NCBI GenBank assembly: GCA_010356995.1
Contig: ML996700.1
Location: 62,001-126,000 of the forward strand
Source of the DNA: Trichodelitschia bisporula
Lineage: Eukaryota
Direction: 5' to 3'
DNA length: 64,000 nucleotides
The position numbers and the translations under genes were made by a program. Of the stretch, positions 25,439 to 38,714 are shown in pieces. Below the pieces are notes generated by a model, which worked only from the letters and a program-made list of their open reading frames with translations, made no database searches and was not told where the DNA came from. How positions within the stretch are numbered: the stretch's first letter is position 1; the number at the start of each line of letters is the position of its first letter.

Positions 25439-25948
25439 GGGCGGCGGTGAGGCGTCATTACCGCATGGGAGTTCAATGTTGCTGCCGTCTGGATATGCAC
25501 ATGGAATGGGTCTCGCGGGGAAGACGGGGTTGCGGAGGGTGGCGGAGGGAGGGGACAGCTGCCTGTCGGAGGCTTGTAGAAGATTATATGCAGGCGGAAT
25601 AGGGAGCGAGCAAACGCAAGAATGCAAAACAGATTTGAATTACTCAAGGAACGGAGTAGAGGGAAGTGCGACTTGAAGGTGTTGAGAGGTGAGTCTCTCA
25701 TATGGGGGAGCGCGCCTAGGAGCGAGGTGAATGACAGGGGCGCGTCGGTGGATCGGTGATAGGCAACTCTTGGGGTGCCTGTGGTCCTGTGCCTCAAAGA
25801 ACGCCTCTCCATCATGCTCCCTGGCTATCACGAGAATCTACAAACCCGAGTCACATGCCTCCGTCAGCACTCACCTGCAAGACATTTTATGCTGTAGCGT
25901 GACAGTTTACTTTCCTGCATACCGATAGAACGGCACAAACGAAGCAAA

Positions 25949-26947
25949 ATGGCTTCGCCTCAAGAGGCTGGTGACGCCGCATTAGATCTTGACGAAATAC
26001 AGCGTCTGGTGCAGGCTTCATCAGCCACTCAGCAACTGAGTGATGAAGAGCAGGAAGTTTTGAAGCTTTGGGACCAACTCCAGGAGACGCAGCTTGAGTG
26101 TGCCTTTCTCCAGGCACAGGAAAATGCTGAGCTTGGTTCGTCATGACACCTCTTGTTCTCTGCATCAGGCATATCACCATATCTACCCTGTGCACAGCTA
26201 ACGACACTCCCAGCTGCTCCTGGGTCAATATCAGAATCCGACCTCCAGGCCGCTCTCCAGTCTGCTGAGAAAGCTGTCCTCCAAGCCCGCGGAACTCATG
26301 CCGTTCGCCAACAAGCTATCCAGAGCGTTCTCGTCGCCGATCCCACTCTGAAGGCCGTCCATGGCGGTGCAACAGACTCCAATCTCCAGCGGTAAGTTTC
26401 TTGAACCTCGTTTCTCCCTCCCCGCCTTATGGTGCACCGTGTAAGGGCATGAGTAAGGCGTGGGGGAATGTTTCTAAACACAATGAAGTGTTTGACATAA
26501 GCGCCTTTTCTTCACGTGGCGTTTGCCTTACCCGGTTTCCCAACATCTCGGCGTCTTATTCTTACTGAAGTTAGATATCTGCCTTCGCGAGATACTCTTG
26601 GCCTCATCCACTCGCACCTGAGTTCGAGACTGGCTGCACGACACTCTGAACTGGCCTCCGTTACCAAGGAGCTTCAAGGCCTCAATAAAGCCAATGCGGA
26701 ACTCGCATCCCAGCTTGTAACCCTCGCTACGGAGCTAAAGGACCCTTCCACTCCCGACGAGCTTGCTGTAGATGGCACAACGCGAGCTAAACTGGAAGAG
26801 TTGGGTGAAAAGGTTGCCACTGCTAGACGACGCTGGAGGGTCATGAAGAGCTTGGTTTCCGGGGTCGTAGCTGGAAGCGGCGTGGACTGGGTACGTGATG
26901 AAGAGTTGCGGGAGTTGGTTGAGGATGAAGAGGGAGAAATGGGGTGA
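25949..26947 (+). CDS. Centromere protein H (CENP-H/Fta3)-like coiled-coil protein, 3 exons
   Basis: LSDEEQEVLKLWDQLQE, SVLVADPTLKAVH and C-terminal RWRVMKSLVSGVVAGSGVDWVRDEELRELV match my recollection of fungal CENP-H. Confidence 0.8.
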
Positions 26948-27794
26948 TGGAAAGAGGGACAATATCCACCCTAACTATCGAAGGGCATCTTGACCTTCAA
27001 ACGAGCTTGGGCCTACGTCATTGGTCCGGCGAGCTGAAGCTTCATGGCTTGGAACTTGAGAAAACTCCATGTTCCAGCCGAAATGGCATATGGGTCCAGG
27101 TACCTGTGGAGCTTGCATATAGTCTAAAGGGCTCGACGATAAGCAGACGGGATGCCTCGAAGCTCCCGAGACGAGTTGCGTTGTTTTGAGACATTTCACG
27201 CACTCATGGCACTGGCGTTGCGGTATCCTCCTCGGATTGATCGCATATCTATGTTGAAGTCGAAAGTCGAAAGTCCAGATATCAGCGTATATGCACGCTC
27301 TCAGATGCTCAAAGGTTTTAATCAAAGCTCCGCGCGGAAGTTATCTCGTTCCTAGTCCTTACGGAGCTACCGTATCCTTGTTAACCCCTCCGTGCCCTCT
27401 TATTGCGCCCAGCTCCCCGCTTTTCACGCCATCATTCCATTCACTCCACCTGCCCAAATGCTCATACGGGGCACGATAGAACTAAAGGGATGCCGTCGCC
27501 TACGAAGTAGTTCTATTCGCGCAGCTCTGAAGCACTCCAACGTCGTCATTGGGCTATCCCACTTCGTATTAACGCAGTAGGGGCCGATCTTGGATTGCTT
27601 GGCCAGTGCTCTGTGCGTGTGGCCCGCCGCAGAACACATAACACGCGCAACATTCCCACGTTCGGTCTGCTCCGTCCTCTCGACCTTCCCAAACTTCCCC
27701 AATTCCAGAGTCTTTAGCGCTTCATTCAGCTTGCGAGTTTTTTTACCGCCCATTCTGCAAAGGACCACCTGCGCATTGTCGCGCCATCTTCGCG

Positions 27795-28219
27795 ATGCTC
27801 TGGACAACGGTCGTGGATGTGCTCGCCACTATTCAGTACTGGATAAAGACCTTTTGCGTAGGTCAAAATCGCTTTTCTACTATGCCTTGTCCAGGTTTCT
27901 GACTTCATGACCGTAGATATTGATGGGATTCCTCACCATCGGTCCTTGGGCTCTCATGCTCCTCTATGATCTTGTCCTCTATTTCTGGCGATCCATCACC
28001 TACGAACTGCCCATAATTGGAGGGCGAGCTCGAGGCAGAACCCGACCCCGCGCTCCAACTCTCACAGAGAGACCTGATGGGGACCCGCGCCGGATTGGAC
28101 TTGTGAAGGTTAAGTCGCTGACAGGCGACGGTTCACCTGCGGCGGTGTTGGAGGGTCTGGCGACCACTTCTACCCTTCGGCGGCGGCACCCAGACTCGGA
28201 TGGAGACTCGAGGGATTGA
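27795..28219 (+). CDS. Small conserved fungal membrane protein, 2 exons
   Basis: Spliced MLWTTVVDVLATIQYWIKTFC|ILMGFLTIGPWALMLLYDLVLYFWR..GGRARGRTRPRAP. GT-AG intron in phase 0. Confidence 0.7.
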
Positions 28220-29154
28220 AGCAGGAATTAGTGCCGCCAACCGGAGGGATACGTGTCACCATTGACGGCCCAAGATCGAGAAAGTCGATTTCTCGTAAGG
28301 GACTCGCTGCCTGCAAGTTCAGATGTCGTCGCACCTACCCTTTTTTTGGAGGATGACGGTCCTCTGCCTCTGCAGCGGATGCCATCTCACACATCATGTG
28401 CGCTGCCACACCCACAGGGGCTTCGGTAAGCAGATCTGATGCAAAGCAAGTTTTGTCGTTGAACCTAAGAAGGCTCGACTACGCGAGCTGGCAAGCCGAC
28501 CATGGATGGATGCTCGGAGAACACCAGCTATGCTGTTACGGTACATATGCGGCGAGCTAGGTTCTATGGACCTATACCATCAGCTTCATGGCAGGCCTGG
28601 TTCCGCTCCTCAGGTAGCATGGATCAACACGCGCGCATCCGATTCTGCCTATGCTAGCTCATTTCTTGCTATTGCTTCTGGGCCGTCTTGCCGGGAACAA
28701 ATATCACTCCAGACCGGCAGCTTCGGATTAGGGGCTCGTTCACCCCGCGTCATGTTTGCCTGTTGCACAGAACTTGTCTCACAGCTAGCTCATGACAGGG
28801 CGTACGACCTATTCGCGCCAATCGTTTACCAACCGAGAAGGTCGTGAACCCTTCCAACTAACCTTCGAACTTGAACCTTCCCCCTATCAATGTTGAGAAC
28901 CATTGTACGGCTATTGACAGCACATCTGTGCTCCTTCACCAGGGGCTACACTGTAACGGTCAGCGCAATGGAGTCGGGTATTCCGGCTCGTATTCCGTGC
29001 CTTTGGACCAGGCGGAGAAGAGACCTGTAACTGTCTGTACACCTCACCGACGCGATTCCAATTTCTCAAGTTGTATATATAACTTCCCTCTCCTGCACCA
29101 CAGTCCCATCTATCGTTCATGTCGGACCTGAAGCAAATCCGCAAAGTCAAGAAT

Positions 29155-29835
29155 ATGGATGATTTCCGCTTTCCTCCTTCGCTTCCCGCCTCCTACGATA
29201 TGGAACCCCGTTCCTCGCATGCAGAAATTGAAGCAGCCTTATCTCATGTTCATGCCTCCTTGCGTCCAGACTACGTGGGCATTCCAATACCATCTCCAGG
29301 GTCGTACTCTTCGAGGACATCGCCTGGATATCCATTTGGGATGGCCAGCGAATATGCCAGAGCAGACACTGACGAAGTAGTGCGGAGGTAAGTCCTTTGC
29401 AATCTGCTGGCTTCCGGCAGATGCTGATGAGCTACAGGACGAACCTGGCAGTCCAGCTCGTCAACGGGCAGATTGCTCATTCGGCTAGATATGCGCAGGT
29501 GCAGCCCAAGATTTGTCGCGACGGCAGGTTCCCCAACGAGTTCCGGGCTCCGAAGACAGTCGAGGAGCTGCGGTCCATGGATCGTGAGTACTATTCTCCT
29601 CTGGACTCTAGTACGACTATAGCCGCTGACTTTCGGCAAAGCGTCATCTCTCGACCGCGTCCTCGGTGCATACCAGCTCCCGACCGACATGCGCTCGCTC
29701 AGGCTCACGTCGCGCGATACTGCGAGCTCCAAGGTGGCCAACCTGGCGAAGCTATGCACGCTGTTTGATTTTCTGGGTGCAAGCCGAATTGCTGATCATG
29801 AGAGGCTGAAGAGGAATGCGATTATGCCGTTCTAG
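29155..29835 (+). CDS. Hypothetical protein, 3 exons (C-terminus reminiscent of Mug135-like domains)
   Basis: Two introns give a continuous frame ending ...PKTVEELRSMDPSSLDRVLGAYQLP...KLCTLFDFLGASRIADHERLKRNAIMPF*. The domain call is tentative. Confidence 0.65.
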
Positions 29836-30677
29836 CGGCTTTACACTGTTAATGTGGCTGCTCTACACTTGAAATGGCGGAAGCTGCGCATCAAAGGGCT
29901 GTTCGAAGAGTGAGCGTATTGGGGCAAGCTAGTATGCAATCATCTCTCGCGGGTATGATGTACTGGCGCTTTGACAAGCGAACTTTCACGCCTTGTACCC
30001 CGATAGATCAGACATGCTAGGCCAGAGGAGCCCCAGCACTACAGCCTACATCAGGTGGCCATAAGAGCAAACTCAATTCATCATGTACAATTGTGCTACT
30101 TTGCCATTAGGCAAACGTTGGGGTGCTCCATCCCCGCCCTAATTCGGCGGGCCTCTGAGCTTCATGGTGCGGCGAGCGGAATTCTTTTAGGAGGCTACCT
30201 TTGAGGTACAACCTGTAGCATAGGGCTGCTTCTAGAATTCCGCCTTGCCTTCTGTGTTCATTCCACCTCTGACTCATAGCCATATCCATCCGATGGTAAG
30301 ATTAGTAACATTGGTTGAAATGGTAAGTCGGGATAGCTATTGACTCCAGCGAATCCCAGGGCTCGGACCATTAATTTACCTCTTTCTGGTTCCAGTGGGC
30401 ATGCGCTCCCCTAGATTAAATCGATACCTCACTCCATCTTCAAGCTTTAGATTTCCTGTTGGAGTGTCGCGATGTTACAGCGTTGGAGTGCTGGAGTGTT
30501 GGAGTGTTGGTTCGCCATCCATTTCCGTAACGGGTAACCACCGGCCCCGCGCCTCGTCGGACCTTCCTGGAGCCACGTTTGGGTTAAACGAGGTACGGTG
30601 TAGCTTAGCAGGTTCTTTAAGTTAACCTCAGTCCCGTCGCGATGCAAAGATGCTGATACTAAACTGATTCAATTGCC

Positions 30678-31976
30678 ATGATGCGCTCGTTTGTAGATCC
30701 TATGGTTCTGCTAATCTGCTTCCTCTGCATCTCCTTCAGTTCAGCCCAGTAAGATCCCCGATAGCATCCCAATGCCCGTACTAACTTTCCAGATCATCAT
30801 GTCCCCAGCCAGCTGGCCTCCATGCCGCAGCCAAAGCATCAGGAAAGCTCTACTTCGGCACGGCCTTCGACGACCCAGAACTGAGCGACCTCCCCTTCGC
30901 AGCCCTGCTGAACAACACCTCTGACTTCGGGCAAATAACACCAGGCAACGCAATGAAAGTGAGCCCACCACCCTCCACCTTATTCTCACCATCTAGAGCT
31001 AACCACCCAGTTCGACGCCACCCACCCAACACCCACACAATACACCCTCTCCCGTGCCTCATCCGCTGTCTCCCTCGCCGCCGCAAACGGACAACTCCTC
31101 CGCTGCCACACGCTGGTCTGGCACTCCCAGCTCCCGGGCTGGATCACCAACCCGCCCACACCGTGGACAAACGACACCCTAACCCCCGTCCTGCAAGAGC
31201 ACATTCACACCCTCGCCTCCGCCTTCAAGGGTCGCTGCGCTGCTTGGGACGTAGTGAACGAGGCGCTTAATGAGGACGGTACGTGGCGGGACACCGTGTG
31301 GTACCGCACGATCGGCGAGGCATACGTGCCGCTTGCGTTTGAGGTGGCGGCGAAGGCGGACCCGAGTGTGAAGTTATACTACAATGATTACAACATTGAA
31401 AGTGAGGGTGCGAAGGCGGAGGGAGTGCGGCGGATCGTGAAGCTAGTCAAGGTACGTCGGGGCTGTCCCGTCAGTTCGCTTTCCGGAGAGTACTTGCTTA
31501 CCGAGTAGGATCGTGGTATCCCCATCCACGGGGTCGGCCTCCAAGCGCACCTCGTGTCCGGCTCCGCGCCATCGACTGCTGACCTCGCCCGCGTAATGGT
31601 GAGCTACACAGCGTTGGGCGTCGATGCCGCGATTACAGAGCTCGACGTGCGGATCAAAGATGCAGATGCCGGGGCGACGGCGGAGACGCGGCAGGCGACC
31701 GAGTATGCGAACGTAATTAAGGCGTGCAAGACTGTTGCGCGGTGTGTGGGCGTGACGGTGTGGGGTATTTCGGATAGGCATTCGTGGGGTGAGTGTGTTT
31801 GGCATTCCGATGAGGTTGATGGAGTGGCTGACGGGTTAGTGCCGGGAACATTTAAGGGCGAGGGCCATGCGTTGCCCTGGGATAAGGATCTGAAGAAGAA
31901 GCCTGCGTATAAGGCGATGATTGATGCGTGGATGTTGGGGCAGATATGCCCCATGGGGGGGAGGAGCGGGGCGTAG
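30678..31976 (+). CDS. Secreted GH10 endo-1,4-beta-xylanase, 5 exons
   Basis: Signal peptide, [35 protein letters not shown] (acid/base), YYNDYN, GVGLQAH and AITELDV (nucleophile). No CBM seen. Confidence 0.95.
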
Positions 31977-32456
31977 CGGATAGTGGTAATGGGATGATGA
32001 CACAAAAATGAAGCCAACTAGTAACGGAAGGTAGAGACTGCTCGGTAATGCATAAGGCAACAAATAACTGAGATTGAGACTGCACCGTCAGCGGTGGTAA
32101 AAATCGGACGGAAATGCGAAATCAACGCTCACCTAGCTTGTACACAAATCGAACCCCGGTCAAAGATACACCAACTTCAAGCTGAATCTCGGCCATTGGC
32201 CTCTCCAATTCGAAGACTACAATAACTTCGCCGCCTACCCCATCATGCTAACTTCAATGCATCCGCCTTCAAGTCCCTACCGCAAGAGGCTGTTATGCCT
32301 CCCCTGGCGATGATAAGTAAACGCTTCATCGACAGATCGACGTAACCCTGGTGCATCCAAGCTCTACAGCACGCGTACGGGACTTCGTGCATGTTGTACA
32401 GATATTACCCCGATCCCTAGTACAAGGCTTCACTCTCCAGACCCCTGCATCCCATC

Positions 32457-35355
32457 TCAAGCCACCGGCGGATTGGTGATGACGCCTTCGTATTCCCGTG
32501 ATGCGATGTAGTCCAGCGTGCGTTGGAAATGACGTCGCGGATTTTCCAGTGCGTTGGCAATAGCTGGATCTGCGCCCTGCAGGTTGGAGTGGATGAGCTC
32601 AATGAGCCCATTAAGGTACTTCGTCGTAACCTATGCATCCCAGTTAAACCCCGCGTTGAATAACATCATCATTTCAAGACTTACCGCCTCGTTCTCCTGG
32701 TCGAAGTAGTAGACGTATCTGTTTAGAATCTCCACGAAGAGCTCAATGGACACTGCAGTATCCATGCAGGCATCTGCGACACGGAGCGCACGCTGCAAGC
32801 ACTCAAGCACGCGCTTTCCATCACGATAGAGCTGTACCTCATCAGTTACTGATGAGCCCTATTTTAAGTCACATACCTCTTTCGACTCATCCTCATTGAG
32901 TACCCGAATCTCGGTTGCCCACCAGAGATGGCTTGCCATGTATACAGCGCGACACTGATCCGGTTTTTTTAGGAGTTTGCTTCCGTGCAACGCGCACTTG
33001 GTAATGAGCGTGTCGTAATTGTCCCTGGTGAAGTTGCGCGTCGAGTGCAGCCCGCCCGCAATGACACATACTGCCTGGAATTGAGCACGAGAATCGCTGA
33101 TCGCCTCTTCGTACACGGTAAAGGCCTGCGCGAAGAATTCGTAGGCGATTTCCTCGTGCCCAGTCTGGTCGGCAACCTGGCCACAAGCTACAAAAAGCCG
33201 GAGAGCCATGTCGTTGAAGCCAGTGACGCGGGTGTAGAGTTGCGAAAGCATCTGGTGCAAGAACTTGTACAGCGCAGCAGATTGGGTTGACCAGTTATCA
33301 TCCAAGTGCTCGCGAGCCTTGTAGCGTCGCGCAAGCTTGATTGCTTGAGTGACGAGGGGAGGGTAGGTATATTTAGTCCGCTCAACGCCTTCTGAGAAGG
33401 CCTTTTGCGCTGTTTGCAGGAGCTTCGCCCAATTAGCAGGTTTTCGAACCAGACAAGAAGTAGTACCTTGAACTGGTCATCGTTTGTGTTGCCTTTGAGC
33501 AAGTGAACGATACGCGCCAGCCATCCCTGCTCTTCAACTGTCTCATCAGTCTCCGCGCCTTTCCTTTGCAGAGGACCGCCGGGATATCCTCCAGCTTGCT
33601 GCATTCCTTCCTTGATGATGACCTTGAGGACCTCGAGGATGGCTTTGAGGTTCTCTTCTGAGTCGATGTTGATCTGATTCTTCAGCAAAGCCCGCGCGAT
33701 CTCCCCAGCAACTGCTCTTCGTGTGGGGTAAGGTTGATCTTGCTGCAGAGGAATGAAGCTGGGAAGCGCCAGGGCGGTGAATATGGAAACGTACGACCGA
33801 ACAGGCGCCAGGAGCAGATTGAGGATGTTGGTTTGTGCGGCCTGTGAATGCAAGTCTGCACTGTTGGCATGCTGGGCGACGTTCTCTCTTGCGAACTCCA
33901 GAACCTGGTCGACGTAGTCTAACCGATCGGGGTACACGTTTCTGGTTATATTAGCAAGTGGGGATAGTTCTCAAGTGTCATCACTTACAGGGCAAGATTG
34001 GTGAGTGACACGAGGAGCGCAATGGCATCCGCGAGTGGTAAGCGCTGCAGCTTGATGAGACTCGTCACTTGCTCGTGGAATATTTCGAAGAGCTTTATGC
34101 TGTCCGGAATTCCCCGCGTCTTCGTTTCGGCTTCGGCTTCCGGCTCTTCGCTACCAGCTAGGGTCGGTGCTCTCGAGTCAACGGGAGTATCAGCAGTCTC
34201 TCCGTTCTGATGAGACTCTGGCACAGCATCCTTGGAGAGCTTCAAGCGCTCTAGAAGCTTCACGGTCGCTTCCTCCTCGTTCTTTTGACGATCCTCGGGG
34301 GTCTCGGCGTTGGCTTCTCGAGCGGAATAAGCCGAAAGTCTGTCCATCAAGCCAATGACGATCGCCTTCACATTGACCTGAGGATGTAGCCGCGCGGTTG
34401 CCGAGAGGAACTGATCCAGCGTGTGGAGATGGAACTCATCTGGGAAAACTTGCGTGACGACTGGAGAGAGTCAGGACATGTCCACTTTCCTCTAAGCAGA
34501 ACCGACCTTCCAGCAAGTACTCCTGCGCCAGGACATCCTTGCACTGAACCACCTGTTCCAGCAACGGTCGCAAAATCTGCTTGTAGTTCTCCAGATCGAC
34601 CAGTTGGCTTAGCCGTACCAGATTGTTGCCAACTAGCAGCTGCAGCTCCTTCCGCTCCTTTGTCCGCTGATCACGTTCCCTAGAATGACCTTGATGCTGA
34701 AGCCGGACCCAAAGCTTATTCATCTCGACAAAGTTGGTCAGAATGAAGTTGATAGAGTCCTGAAGGTTGCCCTCAGGACCATCGCCGCTGCCGGTAGGGA
34801 GGTGGTCTCTAGCTTGCCCGCTTAAGTAGTACCGAAGGAACAGTCCCCGAACAGGATGTTGTATGCCGCGGCTCATCTCCATCATGTCCTTCATGATCTC
34901 CTTGACGGGAGCATCCTCTATGGACATGTAGACAGTGCCGACAGTTATCATTAGGTAGAGGCGCGGAATGATGTTTCCCGCATACTGCACAAGCTCGTAG
35001 AGGTCGGCGAGGTGGTTTACAGGATGGTTATCGCGAAGGTAGACTGAAAGATGACGTAGCGCATCAAACACCGCCATGTAGAGCTCGTAGTACTGTTTGG
35101 GTCCGAGAGCGCTCGTGCGCAGTTCGGACACGAGGGTGGAACTGCGACACACAGCCGTTAGCCATCGAGCTCACCTGGCGGCGGCAACAACTCTGTGCCA
35201 TCTTGCTATTGCTCTCACCTGCATTTCAGAGCATCCATGAGCTTGCCCGGTGTCTCCAGGCAGCGCCGCATCAGCACCGTCTGCTGTCGCACGACCGTCA
35301 ACGCCTCGTCAAGCAGGCGGGCTTGGTCCTCGGCGGCCGGAGGGGGCGACGCCAT
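32457..35355 (-). CDS. VPS35: Retromer cargo-recognition subunit Vps35, multi-exon
   Basis: [73 protein letters not shown]. Confidence 0.97.
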
Positions 35356-35834
35356 GGCTGCAGAGTAACGAGTCCAGAGTAATTGGCGATAGGAAGAGAG
35401 ACGGAGGTGATGCGATCGAGATGCGCGAGATGGGGTGGACCGGGATGTTTGGAGGTCAAAGTCCCAGAGGTGAGGCAGGGTTGCCAAGGTGTAGCGCCAC
35501 AGCTTTCGTCCCCTCCCGCAGCTGTGCCACTTACCCAACGATCAAAGGCAACGTCTTCTCAGTTCAGAGCAGATGTTGAGTTCTTTGCTTCAAACTCCAT
35601 CTCGGATACGCATTGTTTCCATCTTGCTTCTCATTAGGATCTATTTCAGATCCACGATGCTAGCTATTCATACACATGATCGTTCCGCTATTAGCTCTGT
35701 TTTCCACAGATCCAAGCTCGTCTAAACTCCGCCCAATGCAGTCCTGTACCCAAACCGTAACATCATAAATCAGATATCATCCTTGCGTGCCCCCGAATCC
35801 ATTAATCCTCCTTTAGTGCGCCGGTCCAATGCCT

Positions 35835-35877
35835 ATCCACCTTCCGTTCCGAATCCACCTTCCGTTCCGAATCCACC
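35835..35877. repeat. 18-bp tandem repeat (atccaccttccgttccga x ~2.4)
   Basis: Two exact copies plus a 7-nt partial copy, downstream of the 35941-36522 gene. Confidence 0.85.
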
Positions 35878-35940
35878 CCCGCCGACCGTACCAACCGCCC
35901 CTATTCCGACCTAGAATCCCACATTCCGCTTCGCTGACTC

Positions 35941-36522
35941 TCAATCGTGCGCACCGCCGTTCACCCCCTTAACATCCGGCACTTCCGTCCGATTCACCCA
36001 AATCGGCGACTCCTTCGGCAACACCGGGAATGGAGCCGTCATCCCGCTTGGAAGCGTGGCGCGGCTCGGAGCCGTGGTCAGCGGCGGGGAGACTGAGACC
36101 GACGGGGCGGCGGACGGAACAACCAGCGACGGGAGGATAGTCGGAATGGAGGAAATAATCGGTAATGGCGTAGCAGAGGCATGGGCCAGCACGCTCGCCT
36201 CGTCGAACGTGTGCCACATGCCCTCGTGGACAACGCAGGGGAAAGAGGCCGCTGCGGGCGTGACTACGGCCGGGGCGGGTGCCGGGGTGGGGGTTGTTAA
36301 GATGACGGCGGTGAGTGTTGCGAAGTTTTCCACCGTGGTGACGAGAGTTGAGACTTGGACATCGGTGACGGTTGTTGGGGTGGGGGAGAGGCCTGCATCG
36401 ACGTTGACGACGGAGTAGGGTGCGCGGGGGTGGAAGAGGTGCCGAATGTCTATGGGAAAGGCGGAGGAGAGGGGCACGGCGGCGAAGAGAGCGAAGAGGA
36501 GGGTTGCTGAAGGTGTGTACAT
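35941..36522 (-). CDS. Secreted Pro/Ser/Thr-rich protein of unknown function
   Basis: Signal peptide (TLLFALFAAVPLSSAFP), YSVVNVD and GMWHT motifs in low-complexity sequence. Single exon. Confidence 0.7.
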   Translation of the reverse strand: MYTPSATLLFALFAAVPLSSAFPIDIRHLFHPRAPYSVVNVDAGLSPTPTTVTDVQVSTLVTTVENFATLTAVILTTPTPAPAPAVVTPAAASFPCVVHEGMWHTFDEASVLAHASATPLPIISSIPTILPSLVVPSAAPSVSVSPPLTTAPSRATLPSGMTAPFPVLPKESPIWVNRTEVPDVKGVNGGAHD

Positions 36523-38714
36523 TGTGAATGTGATGTACAAGTGTTGCTGAGAGAGTGAGTATGTAACTGATGATCGGAGATATTTGTTGGGGAAGAATGA
36601 AGTGCAGACCTATGGTCAGTCATTCTGTCGGCTATATACGCAGAACAATCCATGAGGCTAGGATGGCTTGCGCTGGAGGTTGGTTTACGAGCCTTGCGAT
36701 GAGAAAGGCTGGTGCTTCCACTTTCCAGCCACCGCCAAGCAAAGGTACCGCGGCGTTTTGGGCCGAGGCTGGTCCGTGCGCCCGACACCGCGCGGCTATT
36801 TGCGCCTCATCCCTGCTCAACACCAACCTCCCCACCATCACGAGAATCAGACAACTACGGTACAGTACTGGCTGTTCAGGGCTGGTAGCCGCTATACAGA
36901 GGTACTCTCTTCCTTCAAAAGCTGGCTGCTGCATGGCGTTTTGGAGGCTGCATTCTCGCCAGTTCCACATTTGCAGCCTTCCCGCTGGCCGGTGATGCGC
37001 CATGATCGCATTCTCGGAACGAGCGCTACAGAACTGAAGCAGTCTGCCTCGCTTGAAGGACCTTGGTCAACGGCTATACTGCATAAAGTTTGGTAGCATG
37101 TCTGGTCCGGGTGCGGTGAGACGCAGTGTGCGTTGTTCTCTCGGGGCTATCTCCTTGCGAGTGCTCTTTCATTTCCGGGCCCTTCGGTTTGGCCTGACCC
37201 GCCAGAGGCCCCATTAGTGAAGGAGGGCTCCCAAGCAGATGATTTTGAAAGAACAGCACCCATGGTAATATACGGGTAAACCGACTCACGACGCTCGCCC
37301 TCGCCCTTGCATCCGGCACTGCACCTCAGAGCATGTCGAGAGGTATGAAAGTGACAACCCTGACGGCAAACAGTTAGATATCAACAGCTTCTTATATTTT
37401 CGCTAGTTACCACGAATTCAGCTTGAACCACGGGGAGCATACAGGGAGCATACGGATATACATATCCTGCGCCAAATCAGCAAGCAACAACTCGAATCTC
37501 TACGTCCGCCCCATCCTCTCCCTTATCAAACAATCTCAGCCCTCTCAACGGCTTCGGCAGACAGATAACCATCAGCCCACAGTTCTTGCCGCTCAGTCCC
37601 GACCGCAGCACAAAGACCCCGCAACACCCAACTAGCACAAGGCCAGCTCCGCCTCAACACCAAGCCCACATCCACCTAATCCCCAACATCACTCACATAC
37701 TGCTCTTCCATCCTCACTCCTCCCCTAACGCTCCCCGTGTATCAACAGCATTCCTCAACACAATCACCCTCCTCCTCCCACCTCACCGCAGGGAACACAA
37801 GCATGCACTCAACCACGTCGCACCCGCGCCCGCCCATACCCGCCGCCCCGGTCCCGGTCCCACGCACACGACCCACAGAATGGATTCGCCGCTCATATCC
37901 ACAGCATCACTGTTACAAGCGCGTTGGGACTGCACGTGTTGAGTTCCAAGGCCGAGTGTTCGGGTGCGGATTGTGGTCGACATATGTGGATGTGATGTCA
38001 TTGGTACACGCGGGTGAATGGTCGGACGGTTAGGGCTGGCACGTTTCCGCTTCCCGCCGCACGTGTAAGGGATGTTTCGATTGGAACGTGCGACCGGTTT
38101 GGAAACATCATGGCAAATCTGCGGCGAAACACCATCACCGCCGTGGCAAAAAGCGTGGGGAGTTATTAATTACTCGCATTACCGCAGGCCTGGAATCCGA
38201 CCATTCCCTCAGGCTTCCCCTCTGTGGTATCTGCCTACATACAACTCAATTACAATATTCCTACACTAGGTCCCCATGGGCCGAGAATTATGCCGCCCAG
38301 ATGCCGGCGTCGTCCCCGGTGATAAATGGCGGTGAACCACGCTCCGCTCGCTACCTAACACCCCACTCCAGATGTCTCCGCTATCCAACCTGACCCCACT
38401 GGCATGTTCAATCGCTCCCTCGCCCGGTTCCCAATGCAATAGTCTTTTTGTTTCCCGTCCCGCCAAAGCGCACCTAAGCAAGCAACACCGAAAAAAAGCC
38501 ACACATAACGCCTTCTAGATGGTGGTGTCGTCGAAACGTCGAAGGAGTGCTTCCATGCAGAAACCAGGCGCAAAAAAAAAGCATACGACCAAAGAGACCG
38601 CGCAGCGGAGAGTCCTTTTTCTAGAACCAAGATCGTGACACTTCATTAGTGCCTTTTGCAACAGTCTGATGCCGCCGCTGATGCAGTGATGGGGACTCTC
38701 CGCTAGGAACGCGC

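Noticed and set aside
38581..38591. GCATACGACCA resembling the 5S rRNA start
   Set aside because: Similarity ends after ~10 nt and no internal promoter boxes follow.
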